From an uncultured delta proteobacterium (GTDB lineage: Bacteria; Desulfobacterota; Syntrophia; Syntrophales; UBA2185), in assembly GCA_963695875.1 (NCBI GenBank), contig CAVOID010000011.1, positions 64,001 to 128,000 of the forward strand: a stretch of DNA of 64,000 bases, read 5' to 3'. Position 1 is the first letter of the stretch. Every line of letters starts with the position of its first letter. Below are positions 11,705 through 27,576 of the stretch, piece after piece. Position numbers and translations under genes: made by a program. Under the pieces are notes generated by a model, which did no database searches, had not been told where the DNA came from, and saw only the letters and a program-made list of their open reading frames with translations.

Positions 11705-12517
11705 TTATTCATGAGCCTTACTATAACCCGCCTTGAGGGCCTCTGCTTCCGAATTAAATGAGATGCGGTGATAAGACTTGACTCTGTCGTAATACTTCAT
11801 ACCAGGCAGGTGATATCGCTTGCTGTCCCGGTTTCCAATTACCTTTGCTTTTCCCGGTGAATGGGGGTCATTCCGGGCTTGGGTCCCTGATTCTTTCGTA
11901 CTATTGTCACGCTCTACCGATACAAAACTACCGGATGGTGTGGGTATAGGACTATCCCCTGAACTGCCGGGAGCCCATATCGGTGAAGGCTCCGTTTTTA
12001 CTACAACAACCGAAGACATGCGGTCGTTTCTTCCATAAGGAACTTCCTTCCCTGTATACTTGGATGTGGATATTTTCTGACCTTCGGTAGCTTCTTCTTT
12101 TGGTGGCAGCACGAGGATGCAGAGAGAAAGAACGGCAATAACCCCAATGACAATGCTTAGCCCAAAAATGCCTCGGATAGTGCGCTTTTTTAAAAGTTGC
12201 TTTTCCCCGGCTGTTTGTTCAAAAGATGCATTTCCCCCCGAGAAAAGGGATAACTGGGGCCAATGCTCCGTTTGATGATTTTGACCGGATTGAGTTTGAT
12301 AGCGCCTCAGAACATGCTTTTCATTTAGCCTCAAATATGCGGCATACTTTCTTAAATATTCTGCAATAATCTTTGGATGAGGAAATGAACTGAAATTATC
12401 ATCTTCCAAAGCTAAAATCGAAGGAATGCTGATGCCTGTGGAGTGAGAAATCTCTTGTAGTGATATAAGGCGTGATTCCCTCTTTCTTTTCAAATACTGA
12501 CCAAGAGTCTCTTCCAT
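11705..12517 (-). CDS. RodZ-like XRE-HTH membrane protein with a small C-terminal Ada-metal-binding-like domain
   Basis: N-terminal HTH (TLGQYLKRKRE...ALEDDNF), one TM helix, C-terminal IGNRDSKRYHLPG...FNSEAEALKAGY. Confidence 0.7.
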   Translation of the reverse strand: MEETLGQYLKRKRESRLISLQEISHSTGISIPSILALEDDNFSSFPHPKIIAEYLRKYAAYLRLNEKHVLRRYQTQSGQNHQTEHWPQLSLFSGGNASFEQTAGEKQLLKKRTIRGIFGLSIVIGVIAVLSLCILVLPPKEEATEGQKISTSKYTGKEVPYGRNDRMSSVVVVKTEPSPIWAPGSSGDSPIPTPSGSFVSVERDNSTKESGTQARNDPHSPGKAKVIGNRDSKRYHLPGMKYYDRVKSYHRISFNSEAEALKAGYSKAHE

Positions 12518-12740
12518 TAATCACCGAAGACTGTTTTTATTAAGCGCTTTTATTTTTTGCAGGTTGATTATAGTTAGTATGAAATGTTGAGTCAAAAGAA
12601 AAAAAGGGCAAGATACAGTATTTCGTTTTTGATAACTAATGAAGACGATTATATAAATTCCTAATCCTTGAAGTTGGAGAATCCGTTAAATCCGTCTCGA
12701 TATGTCTATATCGGGATGGATAACAGACAAGAATCTACTG

Positions 12741-14342
12741 TTAGATCTCTTTGACATCTTTCGTCAATTTTAATCTCCCATTTTTGATCATGGATTCCTT
12801 GTTTTTTTCTATCCATGAAATCATGTATTCGCTTTTCTTCATCTTCAGCAGCAAATTTGCCAAGGCTGCCTTTTTTGCATCGAAGTCATGGGAATCCAAT
12901 TTCCCTCTTTCCTTAAACTTCACTATTATGAAGCTCCCATTGACATAATAGACGTTATCCGGATTAGGGTTCTTTTCAGAAATTTGTAAGAGGGCATTAC
13001 TCATATCCTTGGAAAAGCCGATTTTCGGTATGGTGTAACCGGGTAGAAAGAGCCCTGTTTCTTCTATCTTAAGCCCTTTTTCCTGAGACATTTTTTGCAG
13101 TGTCTCCCCCTTCTTAAGACGCTCAAGGATGACTTCAGCGTCCTTTTTGCACAGGCGCATGGACTCTCCTTCTATAAATTGCTTTTCAACCTCCTTTTCA
13201 ATTTCATTTAAGCCCGGGATGTAAGAAGGTTTTCTGGCAATGAGTTTCAGAACGTAGTACGATTTGTCGTCTGAAAGGACAGAACTGAGTTCATCCGTTT
13301 GAAGGCTGAAGGCAACTCTGGCAAAGTCTTTGACCTGGCTGAATTCCTGAGGGATATTTTTTGAATTGAATAGACTCGTAGTGTTGATCTTAAATCCGTT
13401 TTGTCTGGCGTAATCGTCAAAATTTTCTTTTTGATAAATTTCGTCATGGGCTTTCTTTGCTTCTTCGGCGGCAATTTGCCTGCTGCGAGCCTGCTTTAAT
13501 TCGGCGATGATCTTATCTTTTACTTCGGATAAGGCAGCCGCTTTCCCCCCCTTTTTCATGAAGTTATCTTTGCGACGGTCATAGTATTCGACCACATCTG
13601 TGTCAGATACCTTCACGGAGGACAAAAAATGCTGCCCTGAAAAGGATATATACTTTATCTGAATCTGTTCCGGAACGCGGAAATCATCTCCATGTTCTTT
13701 CAGGTATGATTCCAGGTCAGCAAGGCGCGGACTGACCATGCTTTTACAATTCTTTGGCGAAAGGCTCAGATAGCTTATGTTTATTTTCTCGTTCTGAAAT
13801 CGGTACAGATCATAAACTTCTTTATCTGAGACCTTAACGGCTCCCTGGATTAGATCTTCCAGTTTTGCCATGGTCAACATCATTCTTTGAGCATCTTCAA
13901 AATCAGCTGGAGTCATCTTGTTGTAACGCAAGACCTGGTTATAAATCTTTTCGTCAAAAACACCTGCTCTTTGAAAAGCAGGGTTAGCAAGGATAGACGC
14001 CTTAACTTCATCCTCGGTAACCTGTATATTAAGTTCCTTTGCATTTTGAAGGATAACGGCCTGATTAATGACGTCATCGTATGCCTGTTGCTTAAGATCG
14101 AGGCTCTTAAGAATATCATCGGTAAGGACACCCCCGTATTGCTGCCGATAGATTTCAACAAGATTCTGGTATTTCCTTTGAAACTCAATGTATGGAATGG
14201 CCTTACCATCAATAATGGCGATGGTTTCAGCCTGATGTCTTCCACGTGTTGTGCCAAAATACAAGACGAAAACAAAAATAATCATTCCTAGCAATACAAT
14301 CATCAGCCAATGTCTGGCGTGCTTCCGCATTAGTTCAAGCAT
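12741..14342 (-). CDS. PpiD-like periplasmic chaperone (SurA N-terminal domain)
   Basis: MLELMRKHA + TM helix, NPAFQRAGVFD SurA_N motif, degenerate parvulin region. Confidence 0.8.
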   Translation of the reverse strand: MLELMRKHARHWLMIVLLGMIIFVFVLYFGTTRGRHQAETIAIIDGKAIPYIEFQRKYQNLVEIYRQQYGGVLTDDILKSLDLKQQAYDDVINQAVILQNAKELNIQVTEDEVKASILANPAFQRAGVFDEKIYNQVLRYNKMTPADFEDAQRMMLTMAKLEDLIQGAVKVSDKEVYDLYRFQNEKINISYLSLSPKNCKSMVSPRLADLESYLKEHGDDFRVPEQIQIKYISFSGQHFLSSVKVSDTDVVEYYDRRKDNFMKKGGKAAALSEVKDKIIAELKQARSRQIAAEEAKKAHDEIYQKENFDDYARQNGFKINTTSLFNSKNIPQEFSQVKDFARVAFSLQTDELSSVLSDDKSYYVLKLIARKPSYIPGLNEIEKEVEKQFIEGESMRLCKKDAEVILERLKKGETLQKMSQEKGLKIEETGLFLPGYTIPKIGFSKDMSNALLQISEKNPNPDNVYYVNGSFIIVKFKERGKLDSHDFDAKKAALANLLLKMKKSEYMISWIEKNKESMIKNGRLKLTKDVKEI

Positions 14343-14489
14343 TCTATATTTCCTCACTTGTATTTTAGGCAAAAACTTGTAGTACAGCCCCCTGTAAAAT
14401 GCAATAACTTTTTAAAAAGTCATTGATTGTGCAAATGAAATACTGTATAAATTATATCCTTATGACACAATGACAACTATGATTACTGA

Positions 14490-15557
<1,068 letters not shown>

Positions 15558-15735
15558 TTTTACGCCCTTTCAGAATATCTTATTTTTAAAAAATATGATC
15601 AAGTACGAGTTGGCATTTATGTCTATGGGGAGAGATCTTGCAAATTTCCCGAAAATTTATGTATCTTACATAGAGGACGGACTTGTGGGATGATCTCCCG
15701 GTTGGAGTCACCGTCTATATCCTTTCAGGAGACAG

Positions 15736-16564
15736 ATGTTATTCCCTAAAAAATATCGATCAGTTATGATAGCATGTCTCTTGGTCGTTATCTCTCTCAT
15801 CTTATTATCCTATAGTGTTAGACAGCCGTCCAAAGTCGGTTTTTTCAGAAGGCTGGTGCTGGAAACTGCAGCTCCGTTAGCAAATATAATAACCGTTTCC
15901 TTCGAAGGGCTTAAAGAGGCATGGAACAGGTATATATTTCTTGTAGGACTGGAAGAGGAAAACAGGCGCCTGAAAAAGGGAAATGCATTGTTGACACAGG
16001 AAACAATTCAGTATCGGGAAGGGTATCTTGAAGGAATACGCTTACAAAAGCTCCTCACACTCAAAGAAAGAGTCAACTATCCTACAATTACCGCGAGGGT
16101 CATTGCCAGAGACCAGACATCTATAATCAAGACAATATTAATTAATAAGGGAACTTCCCATGGTCTGAGAGTCGATTTGCCGGTTTTAGCTGACCAAGGG
16201 CTTAGTGGGAAGGATTGTTGAAGCATCCTCGCATGTGTCAAAAATTTTACTTCTCATAGATGAAAGCAGTAATATAGATGCGCTTGTTCAGGAGAACAGA
16301 ATCCAGGGAATTCTGCAAGGCGCTGGCTCACTGGGGTGTTCTTTGAAATACGTTTCAAAAACGGAAACTGTTAATGTTGGAAATATTGTCATTTCTTCAG
16401 GTCTTTCCGGTCTCTTCCCTAAGGGTTTGCTCCTTGGCTCCGTGAAAAGTGTGGATAAAACCGATAGCGGATTATTTCAGAAGGTTGATGTCGCACCATT
16501 CGTTGATTTTGCCAGGCTTGAAGAAGTGATGGTGATTGTATTGAATAAGGATGATGAAAGTTGA
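15736..16564 (+). CDS. mreC: Rod shape-determining protein MreC (frameshift near 16205)
   Basis: TM + coiled coil, INKGT..G, SSGLSGLFPKGL; operon position. Confidence 0.9.
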
Positions 16565-17074
16565 TCAATTATATTTTGGTACCTCTTTTTTCATTAATAT
16601 CTGATAGTTTTCCAGATGATGGTCTCTGATATCATGCTCTTTGGGAAAATAGGGGTGGAGCTATCCCTAATATTGGTAGTATATATAGGATTTCGACTCG
16701 ATATAATAAGAGGAGGAATCTTAAGCTTAATCATCGGCTTTTTACGCGACTGTATAACCTTTTCAATTTCCGGACTTTATACCCTGCTGTATGTAATTAT
16801 ATTTTTAATTTCAATGCTTGCTTCTTACAGGATTCCTCCTGGAAAGCCAGCATTCATCATGATTTTTACCTTGATGTGTGCGTTGTTTGAAGGCATAATA
16901 ATTGCTTTATTTTATCCTTTATTATATGGGGCAGACATATCACCCCATACTTTACTGTTTTATATACCACAGGCATTGATTGTCAGTGGCCTTAGCCCAA
17001 TATTATTCAGGGCTTTCAATCGGATCGAGGTAGTATTGAATGGCAGACATGAACGGCCAGTTAAACGGATATGA
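16561..17074 (+). CDS. mreD: Rod shape-determining protein MreD (5' frameshift)
   Basis: Hydrophobic multi-TM protein between mreC and mrdA. Confidence 0.75.
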
Positions 17075-18943
17075 ACCTGGCGAATTCAGGAAAAGGTTCA
17101 AGATAGCATTTGCCGTCGTGTCTATTATGCTATCTTTTCTAATTATGAGAATGTGGCATCTTCAGGTCATCAGGGGGGATGAATTAAGGCAGAGATCAGA
17201 AAATAACAGCGTACGCCTGAGAAAAATTAAACCATTGAGGGGGTTGGTTCTGGACACCAACGGCCACGTTCTTGTGGATAACCAGCCATCCTTTGACATT
17301 ATGTTTGTGCCGAATCGTGCCAAAAACATCAATGATGTGGCATACAAATTAAAGACTCTATTAGCTGCAAGAGACATGGAACTTTCGACGGACATAGCTC
17401 CTTTGGGAAAGAGAAGGTGGTTCCCACCGGTAAAACTTGAAAAAAACATTAGTATGGAAAAACTGGCTATCGTTGAAACCCATGCTCCTGATCTGCCAGG
17501 TGTAACCGTCGAGGTGGTTCCCATCAGACAATACATTCGTGGAGAAATGTTGGCTCACGTTATTGGTTATACTGGTGAGATTAGTCCGGAGGAATTAAAA
17601 AAAGACGCCAACGGCAGTTTAAGCGTCGGTGACATTATAGGCAAAGACGGCTTGGAGAAATATTTGGATCAATACCTCAAGGGTAAAAGTGGAGCGGAAC
17701 AGGTCGAAGTCAATGTTCTCGGCAAAGAAGTTAAAATTATTGGCAAAATCGATCCAGTTTCCGGATATAATGTGGTTCTTACCATCGATTCATTTCTGCA
17801 GAAGATCGCCTGGGATGCCCTAAAAGATAAAGCCTGGTTCCGTTGTTGTTATGGATCCCCGTGACGGTGCCATTCTTGCACTCGTCAGCTCACCATCCTT
17901 TGATCCAAACCTCTTCAACGGAGGGATTTCTTTTGAAGATTGGGACAATTTGTCGAATAATCCGTCACATCCAATGGGAAACAGGGCTATCTCTGGTCAA
18001 TACCCCCCTGGTTCTACATACAAACTCGTTGTGGCAGCAGCTGCCCTTGAAGAAGGATTAATTACTCCAGATACATCTTTCAACTGTAATGGGGCTTTCG
18101 AACTCGGTAACAGAACCTACAAATGCTGGCAAAAACATGGTCATGGTCGTGTCAATCTTCATCGAGCTATTGTTGAATCCTGTGATGTATATTTCTACAA
18201 TGTCGGCAAGTTAGTCGGCGTTGACAAGTTAGCCGAGTATGCCCGAGGCTTTGGGTTGGGACAGCTAACGGGAATTGATCTTCCCCGGGAAAAGAGCGGC
18301 CTTATCCCGACTAAAGAGTGGAAACAGTCAAAATTCGGAGAGGCATGGCAGATGGGTGAAACTATTTCGATTTCCATCGGGCAAGGGTTCGATCTTGTTA
18401 CTCCGATACAACTGGTGAATGCGTACTCTGCATTAGCCAATGGAGGAACTATTTACAAACCCCGGATTGTCAAGAGGATCGAAATGGCAGATGGCCGGGT
18501 TTTAAAGATCATTTGAACCTGAACAAAAAAGCAGGATCCCTATCAGTCAGAAGAACATAGATATTTTAAGTTATGCCTTCTGGGGTGTGGTTAATGAAAA
18601 GGGAGGGACAGGTTATGCTCTGAAGAGAAAAGAGGAGGATGTCTGTGGAAAAACGGGTACCGCCCAGGTTGTCGGTCTGCCGGACGATGACAAAGCCCGC
18701 AAGAGGAAAATAATTTCCGCGAAATTCAGAGATCACGCCCTATTTGTGTGCTTCGCACCGTACAAAAACCCGGAAATAGCAATCGCTGTTATCGCTGAAA
18801 ATGCCGGTCATGGGGGGTCTGCGGCTGCTCCTATAGCAAGAAAGATTATAGATGCCTACTTTGAACGTAAAAATTCAGAACATAAAAAAAGTCAGCCACT
18901 TGTGGCAGTCAGCCCAAGATCGCAAGCAGGTGTTTACAGATGA
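17040..18943 (+). CDS. mrdA: Penicillin-binding protein 2 (two frameshifts)
   Basis: PPGSTYK (SxxK), SCD (SxD variant), KTGTAQ spread over three ORFs. Confidence 0.92.
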
Positions 18944-20049
18944 AATTTGATCGCCGGTTATTCTTCAATTTTGATTGGACCCTGCTCGTTCTCGTACTGG
19001 CTATCAGTTTCATCGGTCTGTTGAACATTTACAGTACGGGTTACAGCCTGGATAATTACAGGCAGGAAACCCTTTATATCAAACAGACTCAATGGATAAT
19101 TATTGGCCTTATATTAATGGGGATTGTCATTTGTATTGATTATCGATTCATCTCTCGATTCGCCTATGTCTTCTATGCGATCTCTATCATACTGCTGCTA
19201 GTGGTTTCATTCTACGGGTATACTACCCACGGGTCTCAACGCTGGATTGTCATAGGAGGATTTTTTTTCCAGCCATCAGAGTTGGTAAAATTGACAATCA
19301 TCATCGCACTGGCAAAATATTTTGACGACCACATGATAGAAAGAAGTTACAGGCTAAGAGAGCTGTTTATACCTTTTTTTATCGTATTGATCCCTGTTCT
19401 GTTTATCTTGAAGCAACCCGATCTTGGCACTGCTTAATGCTTCTTTTAATTGTTTTATCCATAACTTTTTTTATTGGTATACAATGGAGATCGCTGTTCT
19501 TGGCTTTTGCAGTGGCGGCTGTGCTGGTTCCCATTTCCTGGCTTCTTTTAAAAGATTATCAAAAGGAAAGGATCATGACCTTTTTCAGACCCGGAGAGTG
19601 ATCCACTCGGTTCAGGATATCATATTATTCAGTCCATAATTGCCGTCGGTTCAGGAGGCATCTTTGGTAAAGGTTATTTGAAGGGAACACAGACACAATT
19701 GAAATTTTTGCCGGTACAGCAAACAGATTTTGTGTTCTCTGTTTTTGCTGAAGAGTGGGGGTTTCTGGGGGGACTAATTCTGATGATTATGTTTCTCGTA
19801 CTGATATTGTGGTGTTTGAAAATTGCATTACATTCGAGGGATCTTTTGGGAATGCTGATATCCTTTGGCGTGACAATGCTAATCTTCTGGGAGGTATTCA
19901 TAAATATCGGGATGGTATTGGGTATGCTTCCTGTCGTAGGCATTCCTCTGCCATTCTTAAGTTACGGAGGTTCTTCAATGGTTGTCTTGATGACAGCCAT
20001 GGGATTGTTGCTGAATGTCAGCATGAGGAGGTTTATTCTTCACCCATAA
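18940..20049 (+). CDS. rodA: Rod shape-determining protein RodA (frameshifted)
   Basis: QPSE, KQPDLGTA, TDFVFSVFAEEWG, LPFLSYGGSS SEDS motifs. Confidence 0.92.
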
Positions 20050-20230
20050 TTATTATTAGAATCATCTCCGAAAAAGTTGCCAGTATTTTCAGGATTCAAG
20101 GGGTAAGGTCGTAGAAGGATCAAGTGGAATGGTTCAAACACTTGAACCCGCAGAATCCTTTTTACGACCGAATAGGAGAAGAACGCATTATATTAATAAC
20201 TAAAGATGCAGAGCACCAGGGGGCTCGATA

Positions 20231-20588
20231 ATGTCAAACAAGAAAAAAGATGAAGAAGTTAAGGCCTTTCTTGGAAAAGGAGCAGAATTCACCGGGAAAT
20301 TAATATTTAAAGGAACTGTCCGCATTGACGGTGACTTCAATGGTGAGATATTTGGCGGGGGGACCTTAGTGGTAGGTGAAGGCGCACATGTTGAAGCTGA
20401 TATAAACGTTGAAAGCATTCGTGGTCAGTGGAGACGTGCATGGACAGATCGAAGCTAATGGAAGGATTGAAATTTATCCGCCAGGACGAGTCTTGGGAAA
20501 TATAAAAACACCTATTTTCATAGTAAAAGAGGGGGCCATTTTTGAAGGAACTTCCAAGATGGACGATAGCAAATCAGAAAAATATTAA
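20231..20588 (+). CDS. Bactofilin (polymer-forming cytoskeletal protein; frameshift near 20420)
   Basis: FLGKGAEFTGKLIFKGTVRIDG beta-helix; downstream frame GRVLGNIKTP..VKEGAIFEG. Confidence 0.85.
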
Positions 20589-20840
20589 AGTTGATAGTAA
20601 ATCCAGACTGTTATTAAAAAAAGAGATGTATGAACGAACACGATAAAACCACATTCAGCCAAAAAATACTTGACATTAACCGAGAGTTGTGATTAGAAGG
20701 CCGCGATTTTTAAACTCATACTTTGGGGTTCTTGAGGTTGCTCGTGTACAAAGTTCATATCACAGAATTTCATGGATATTTCTCAAAAAAAGACTCTTCA
20801 GAAGCTTTTTGTGATCAAAAAATCGCTTTAAATAGGACGG

Positions 20841-20881
20841 AACCGGGTGGATGAATTCTGTTCTTCCACTCGGTTTTTTTT
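20841..20881 (+). terminator. Intrinsic terminator-like hairpin upstream of the atp operon
   Basis: AACCGGGTGGA...TCCACTCGGTT stem followed by a T-run. Confidence 0.55.
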
Positions 20882-20915
20882 GAATTTCAAGGTAACTTTA
20901 GTGTGAGGTATAATA

Positions 20916-21348
20916 GTGATCAGCATTGATTATACAATATTGGATCCAGATGGCTAATTTCCTTGTCTTGATTTTTATTTTAAATCTTCTCCTCTACAAG
21001 CCAATTTTAGGCATAATAGATAAAAGAAAGAAACAGATACAGGATACCGAAGAAGAAATCAAGCGCCTCAATCAGATGGTTGGAGAAAGAATGGCGGCCT
21101 ATGAAGAGAAGCTGCGCCTGGCAAAGATGGAGGCTTTAGAGAAAAAACTTGAAATCATGAAGGAAGGGGCCGAACAGGCAAAAAGCTTCATCGATGCAGC
21201 CAAAGGCGAGATTCCCGGTATGATGGAAAAGTTTCATGGGGAGATAAATAAGGAAGTTAACGAGGCCAAGACGCATTCTGACCGATCAGTCCCGGAGTAA
21301 TATCTGTCGAGATTGCCGAGAAATTGTTGGGAAGGAGTCTCCACATGA
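20916..21348 (+). CDS. ATP synthase F0 subunit b' (frameshifted)
   Basis: GTG start ISIDYT.WIQMANFLVLIFILNLLLYKPI; coiled coil; ends EIAEKLLGRSL. Confidence 0.85.
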
Positions 21349-21957
21349 TAAAATGGTTTTCGAAGAAGCTATTCAAACGCTCGTCATTTACGTTATTTTC
21401 TTTTATCTGTCCTGCTGATTATTCTGACCTGTGCGGTTACTTATGCATCGGAAGCCGGAGGGGAAGAGTCTCATACGAAAACTTTGATTGATTTTGGCTG
21501 GAGGATGCTTAATTTTGCCATCCTGGTCTGGTTCCTTTACTGGGTCGCAGCAAAAAAAATCAAGGAGTTTTTCTTCGAAAGACGTCAAAATATAAAGGCT
21601 AACATCGAAGAGACCATAGCTGAAAAAGAAGAGACAGAAAAGAAGTTCAAGGAATACTCTGCAAAGCTGGATAAGGCCACTGAGGAAATAAACAACATCT
21701 TCGAAATGATAAAAGCCCAGGGCTTGGTAGAGAAGGAAAAGATCATTGAAGACGCCAAAATTGCAGCCGAAAAGATGAAAGAAGACGCGCAGGCGCGAAT
21801 GGAACAGGAACTCAAAGCCGCAAGAAATCAATTAAGGGCAGAAGCTGCTCAGCTTTCCGTGGAGATGGCTGAAGAGCTTCTGAAGAAAAATATAACTCCG
21901 GAACATCACGATTATATGGTGAAAGACTATTTAGATAAGGTGGTGAAAAAACATTGA
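21345..21957 (+). CDS. atpF: ATP synthase F0 subunit b (5' frameshift)
   Basis: WRMLNFAILVWFLY TM + coiled coil. Confidence 0.88.
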
Positions 21958-22499
21958 TCAGCAGCAATATTGCAAAGCGTTATGCCCGGGCATTTTTTGA
22001 GATAGCCAGGGAAGATGGACTCTATGAAAAGTATTACCATGAATTGACGCTATTTTCTTCCATTGTCAAGGAAAACAAAGATCTCAAGGATTTATTATTA
22101 AATCCTGTTTTTGATCAGGCCGAAAAAAGAGCCGTTGTAGATTCGCTTCTGAAAAAGGTTGATATATCAAATATAACGGCAAATTTTTTAAGACTGCTGG
22201 TTGATAAACGAAGAATTGGTATTCTGCCCGATATAGAAAGTTGTTACCGGAAATTAATGGACGATGCTCTGAGAAAAATCAGGGTTGATGTCAAGACAGC
22301 TTTCCCATTGTCCGCCGAATTATCCGCAAAACTTCAGAAACGCATGGAAGAATTAACCGGCAGAAAAGTAGAAATGGCAGTTTCAGAAGATGCCTCATTG
22401 TTGGGTGGTATTGTCGTCGGTGTAGGGGATACGCTATACGATGGAAGTATAAAAACTCAACTGCATAATATTAGGAATCTCTTAGGGGAGGAAATATAG
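21954..22499 (+). CDS. atpH: ATP synthase F1 subunit delta
   Basis: IAKRYARAF, LLGGIVV..GD..YDGS. Confidence 0.93.
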   Translation: MISSNIAKRYARAFFEIAREDGLYEKYYHELTLFSSIVKENKDLKDLLLNPVFDQAEKRAVVDSLLKKVDISNITANFLRLLVDKRRIGILPDIESCYRKLMDDALRKIRVDVKTAFPLSAELSAKLQKRMEELTGRKVEMAVSEDASLLGGIVVGVGDTLYDGSIKTQLHNIRNLLGEEI

Positions 22500-22502
22500 A
22501 GC

Positions 22503-24019
<1,517 letters not shown>

Positions 24020-24072
24020 GGAATTGAGAGCATTCTGATAAATAGATCACATACTTAAAGAAGGAAGTATTA

Positions 24073-24948
24073 ATGGCCGCACTAAAGGACATTAGAAGAA
24101 AAATAGTTGGAGTAAAAAAAACAAAGCAGATCACCAGAGCCATGAATATGGTGGCCGCCTCGAAACTGAAAGCTGCTCAGTTGAGGATGGAGAATTTTCG
24201 TCCCTATGCGATTAAATTCATGGATGTACTCAGCAGCCTGGCGCTACGTGTGGACGCGGAAACGCACCCCCTCTTAGCCGTCCGGGAACCGAAAAGAATC
24301 AGGGTAATCTGTATGACCTCCGACAGGGGTCTGTGCGGAGGTTTCAATACCAATTTGATTAAGGCAACAGAGAGATTCATTCGGGACAAGGCCAGGGAAG
24401 GTAAAGAGGTTGAATTAATTGCCGTAGGGAGGAAAGGGAGAGACTATTTCAGAAAAAAGCAGAAACTCATTAACCAGTGGTCGGATGTCTTCGGAAAGTT
24501 CGACATAACCCTTGCCGTAAAAATTTCCGATGAAATCATACCTTCTTTTGTACGGGAGGAGTATGATGAATTGTACGTTATATACAACGAATTCAGAAAC
24601 ATAGCAGTACAAAGGCCCTCAGTCGTGAGGCTGTTCCCTTTGCCTCCGATCGGGAAGGACGAAGATGTGGATCCAAACAAGAGAATAGAATACATATATG
24701 AACCTTCTGATGAAATTTTGCTGGAAAAGCTCCTTCCCATGTATGTTCATGTTCTGGTCTTCAGAGCTCTCTTGGAAACATCCGCCGGAGAAAACGGCGC
24801 ACGAATGGTTGCGATGGATAACGCCACAAAGAATTGCGAGGAAATGATCCAGAACCTTACATTAAGAATGAATAAAGCAAGACAGTCTGCCATTACGGCT
24901 GAGCTGATGGATATTGTCGGCGGTACAGAGGCCCTGGCAAAGAGTTAA
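24073..24948 (+). CDS. atpG: ATP synthase F1 subunit gamma
   Basis: QITRAMNMVAASK, SDRGLCGGFN, ARQSAITAEL. Confidence 0.97.
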   Translation: MAALKDIRRKIVGVKKTKQITRAMNMVAASKLKAAQLRMENFRPYAIKFMDVLSSLALRVDAETHPLLAVREPKRIRVICMTSDRGLCGGFNTNLIKATERFIRDKAREGKEVELIAVGRKGRDYFRKKQKLINQWSDVFGKFDITLAVKISDEIIPSFVREEYDELYVIYNEFRNIAVQRPSVVRLFPLPPIGKDEDVDPNKRIEYIYEPSDEILLEKLLPMYVHVLVFRALLETSAGENGARMVAMDNATKNCEEMIQNLTLRMNKARQSAITAELMDIVGGTEALAKS

Positions 24949-24966
24949 AAAAGTTAAGCACTATAG

Positions 24967-26818
<1,852 letters not shown>

Positions 26819-26831
26819 GGACGCGAATAGA

Positions 26832-27398
26832 TCAAACGCAAGAAAGCCAGGAGTTGAGAAATGAATATCTCTTTTCACTCCTGGCTTTTTTATTTCTATA
26901 ATAGCCTGTCTTTATTCCTTCGTTACATGCAACGCTGATATCTACGACCTCAAAGTCCCGTGTACCTCCCGGAGTTCTTACGCTCACTTCATCACCAACG
27001 CATTTTCCGATCAATGCCTTACCGATGGGCGATGTGACAGAAATCCTATTCTCATTCACATCTGATTCAAACGGTCCGACAAGCTGATACTTAATGCCGC
27101 TTCCGGTGTTGATATCTTCAATAGTGACTGTTGATCCGAAGACCACCTTGTCGCACGTTAGACCATCGAGACTTACAATATATGACATGGAAAGATTATT
27201 TTCGAGTTCCTTAATCCTTCCTTGTAAAAATGATTGCCTCTCTTTGGCGGCTTGATACTCCGCATTCTCAGTTATATCCCCGTGTGCTCTTGCTACTTCA
27301 ATATCCCGTATATTTTCCGGTAAAGAGACCGTTTTAATATATTCCAGCTCCTTCTTAAGCTTCTCAAATCCTGATTTCGTAATAGGTATTTTTTTCAT
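26832..27398 (-). CDS. greA: Transcription elongation factor GreA (true stop probably earlier, near 26920)
   Basis: ARAHGDITENAEYQAAKE, ISVTSPIGKALIG. Confidence 0.93.
   Translation of the reverse strand: MKKIPITKSGFEKLKKELEYIKTVSLPENIRDIEVARAHGDITENAEYQAAKERQSFLQGRIKELENNLSMSYIVSLDGLTCDKVVFGSTVTIEDINTGSGIKYQLVGPFESDVNENRISVTSPIGKALIGKCVGDEVSVRTPGGTRDFEVVDISVACNEGIKTGYYRNKKARSEKRYSFLNSWLSCV
26843..26891. terminator. Probable bidirectional intrinsic terminator between atpC and greA
   Basis: AAAGCCAGGAGT...ACTCCTGGCTTT stem followed by a T-run. Confidence 0.7.
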
Positions 27399-27576
27399 AA
27401 TTTCTCCTTGTGCCGGCGCCATCCTGTAATAACGAAAAATGACTTCTAATAAAGAAATCAGCCGGTGTCAAGAGAGATTTACCAAGTGCGTCAGCGGATT
27501 TGTGAATGTCTTGCTATGCCTTCATAAGTATGCTAAAATATAATTCTTTAATGAGTATATTAAAATTTATCGGCAG

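Noticed and set aside
20090..20160. Short ggattcaag/cttgaacc inverted repeat after rodA
   Set aside because: Degenerate and single-copy in this window; probably a generic intergenic repeat or terminator
20740..20815. Rex-like operators upstream of atp
   Set aside because: Only partial matches to TTGTGAA-N4-TTCACAA, with wrong spacing
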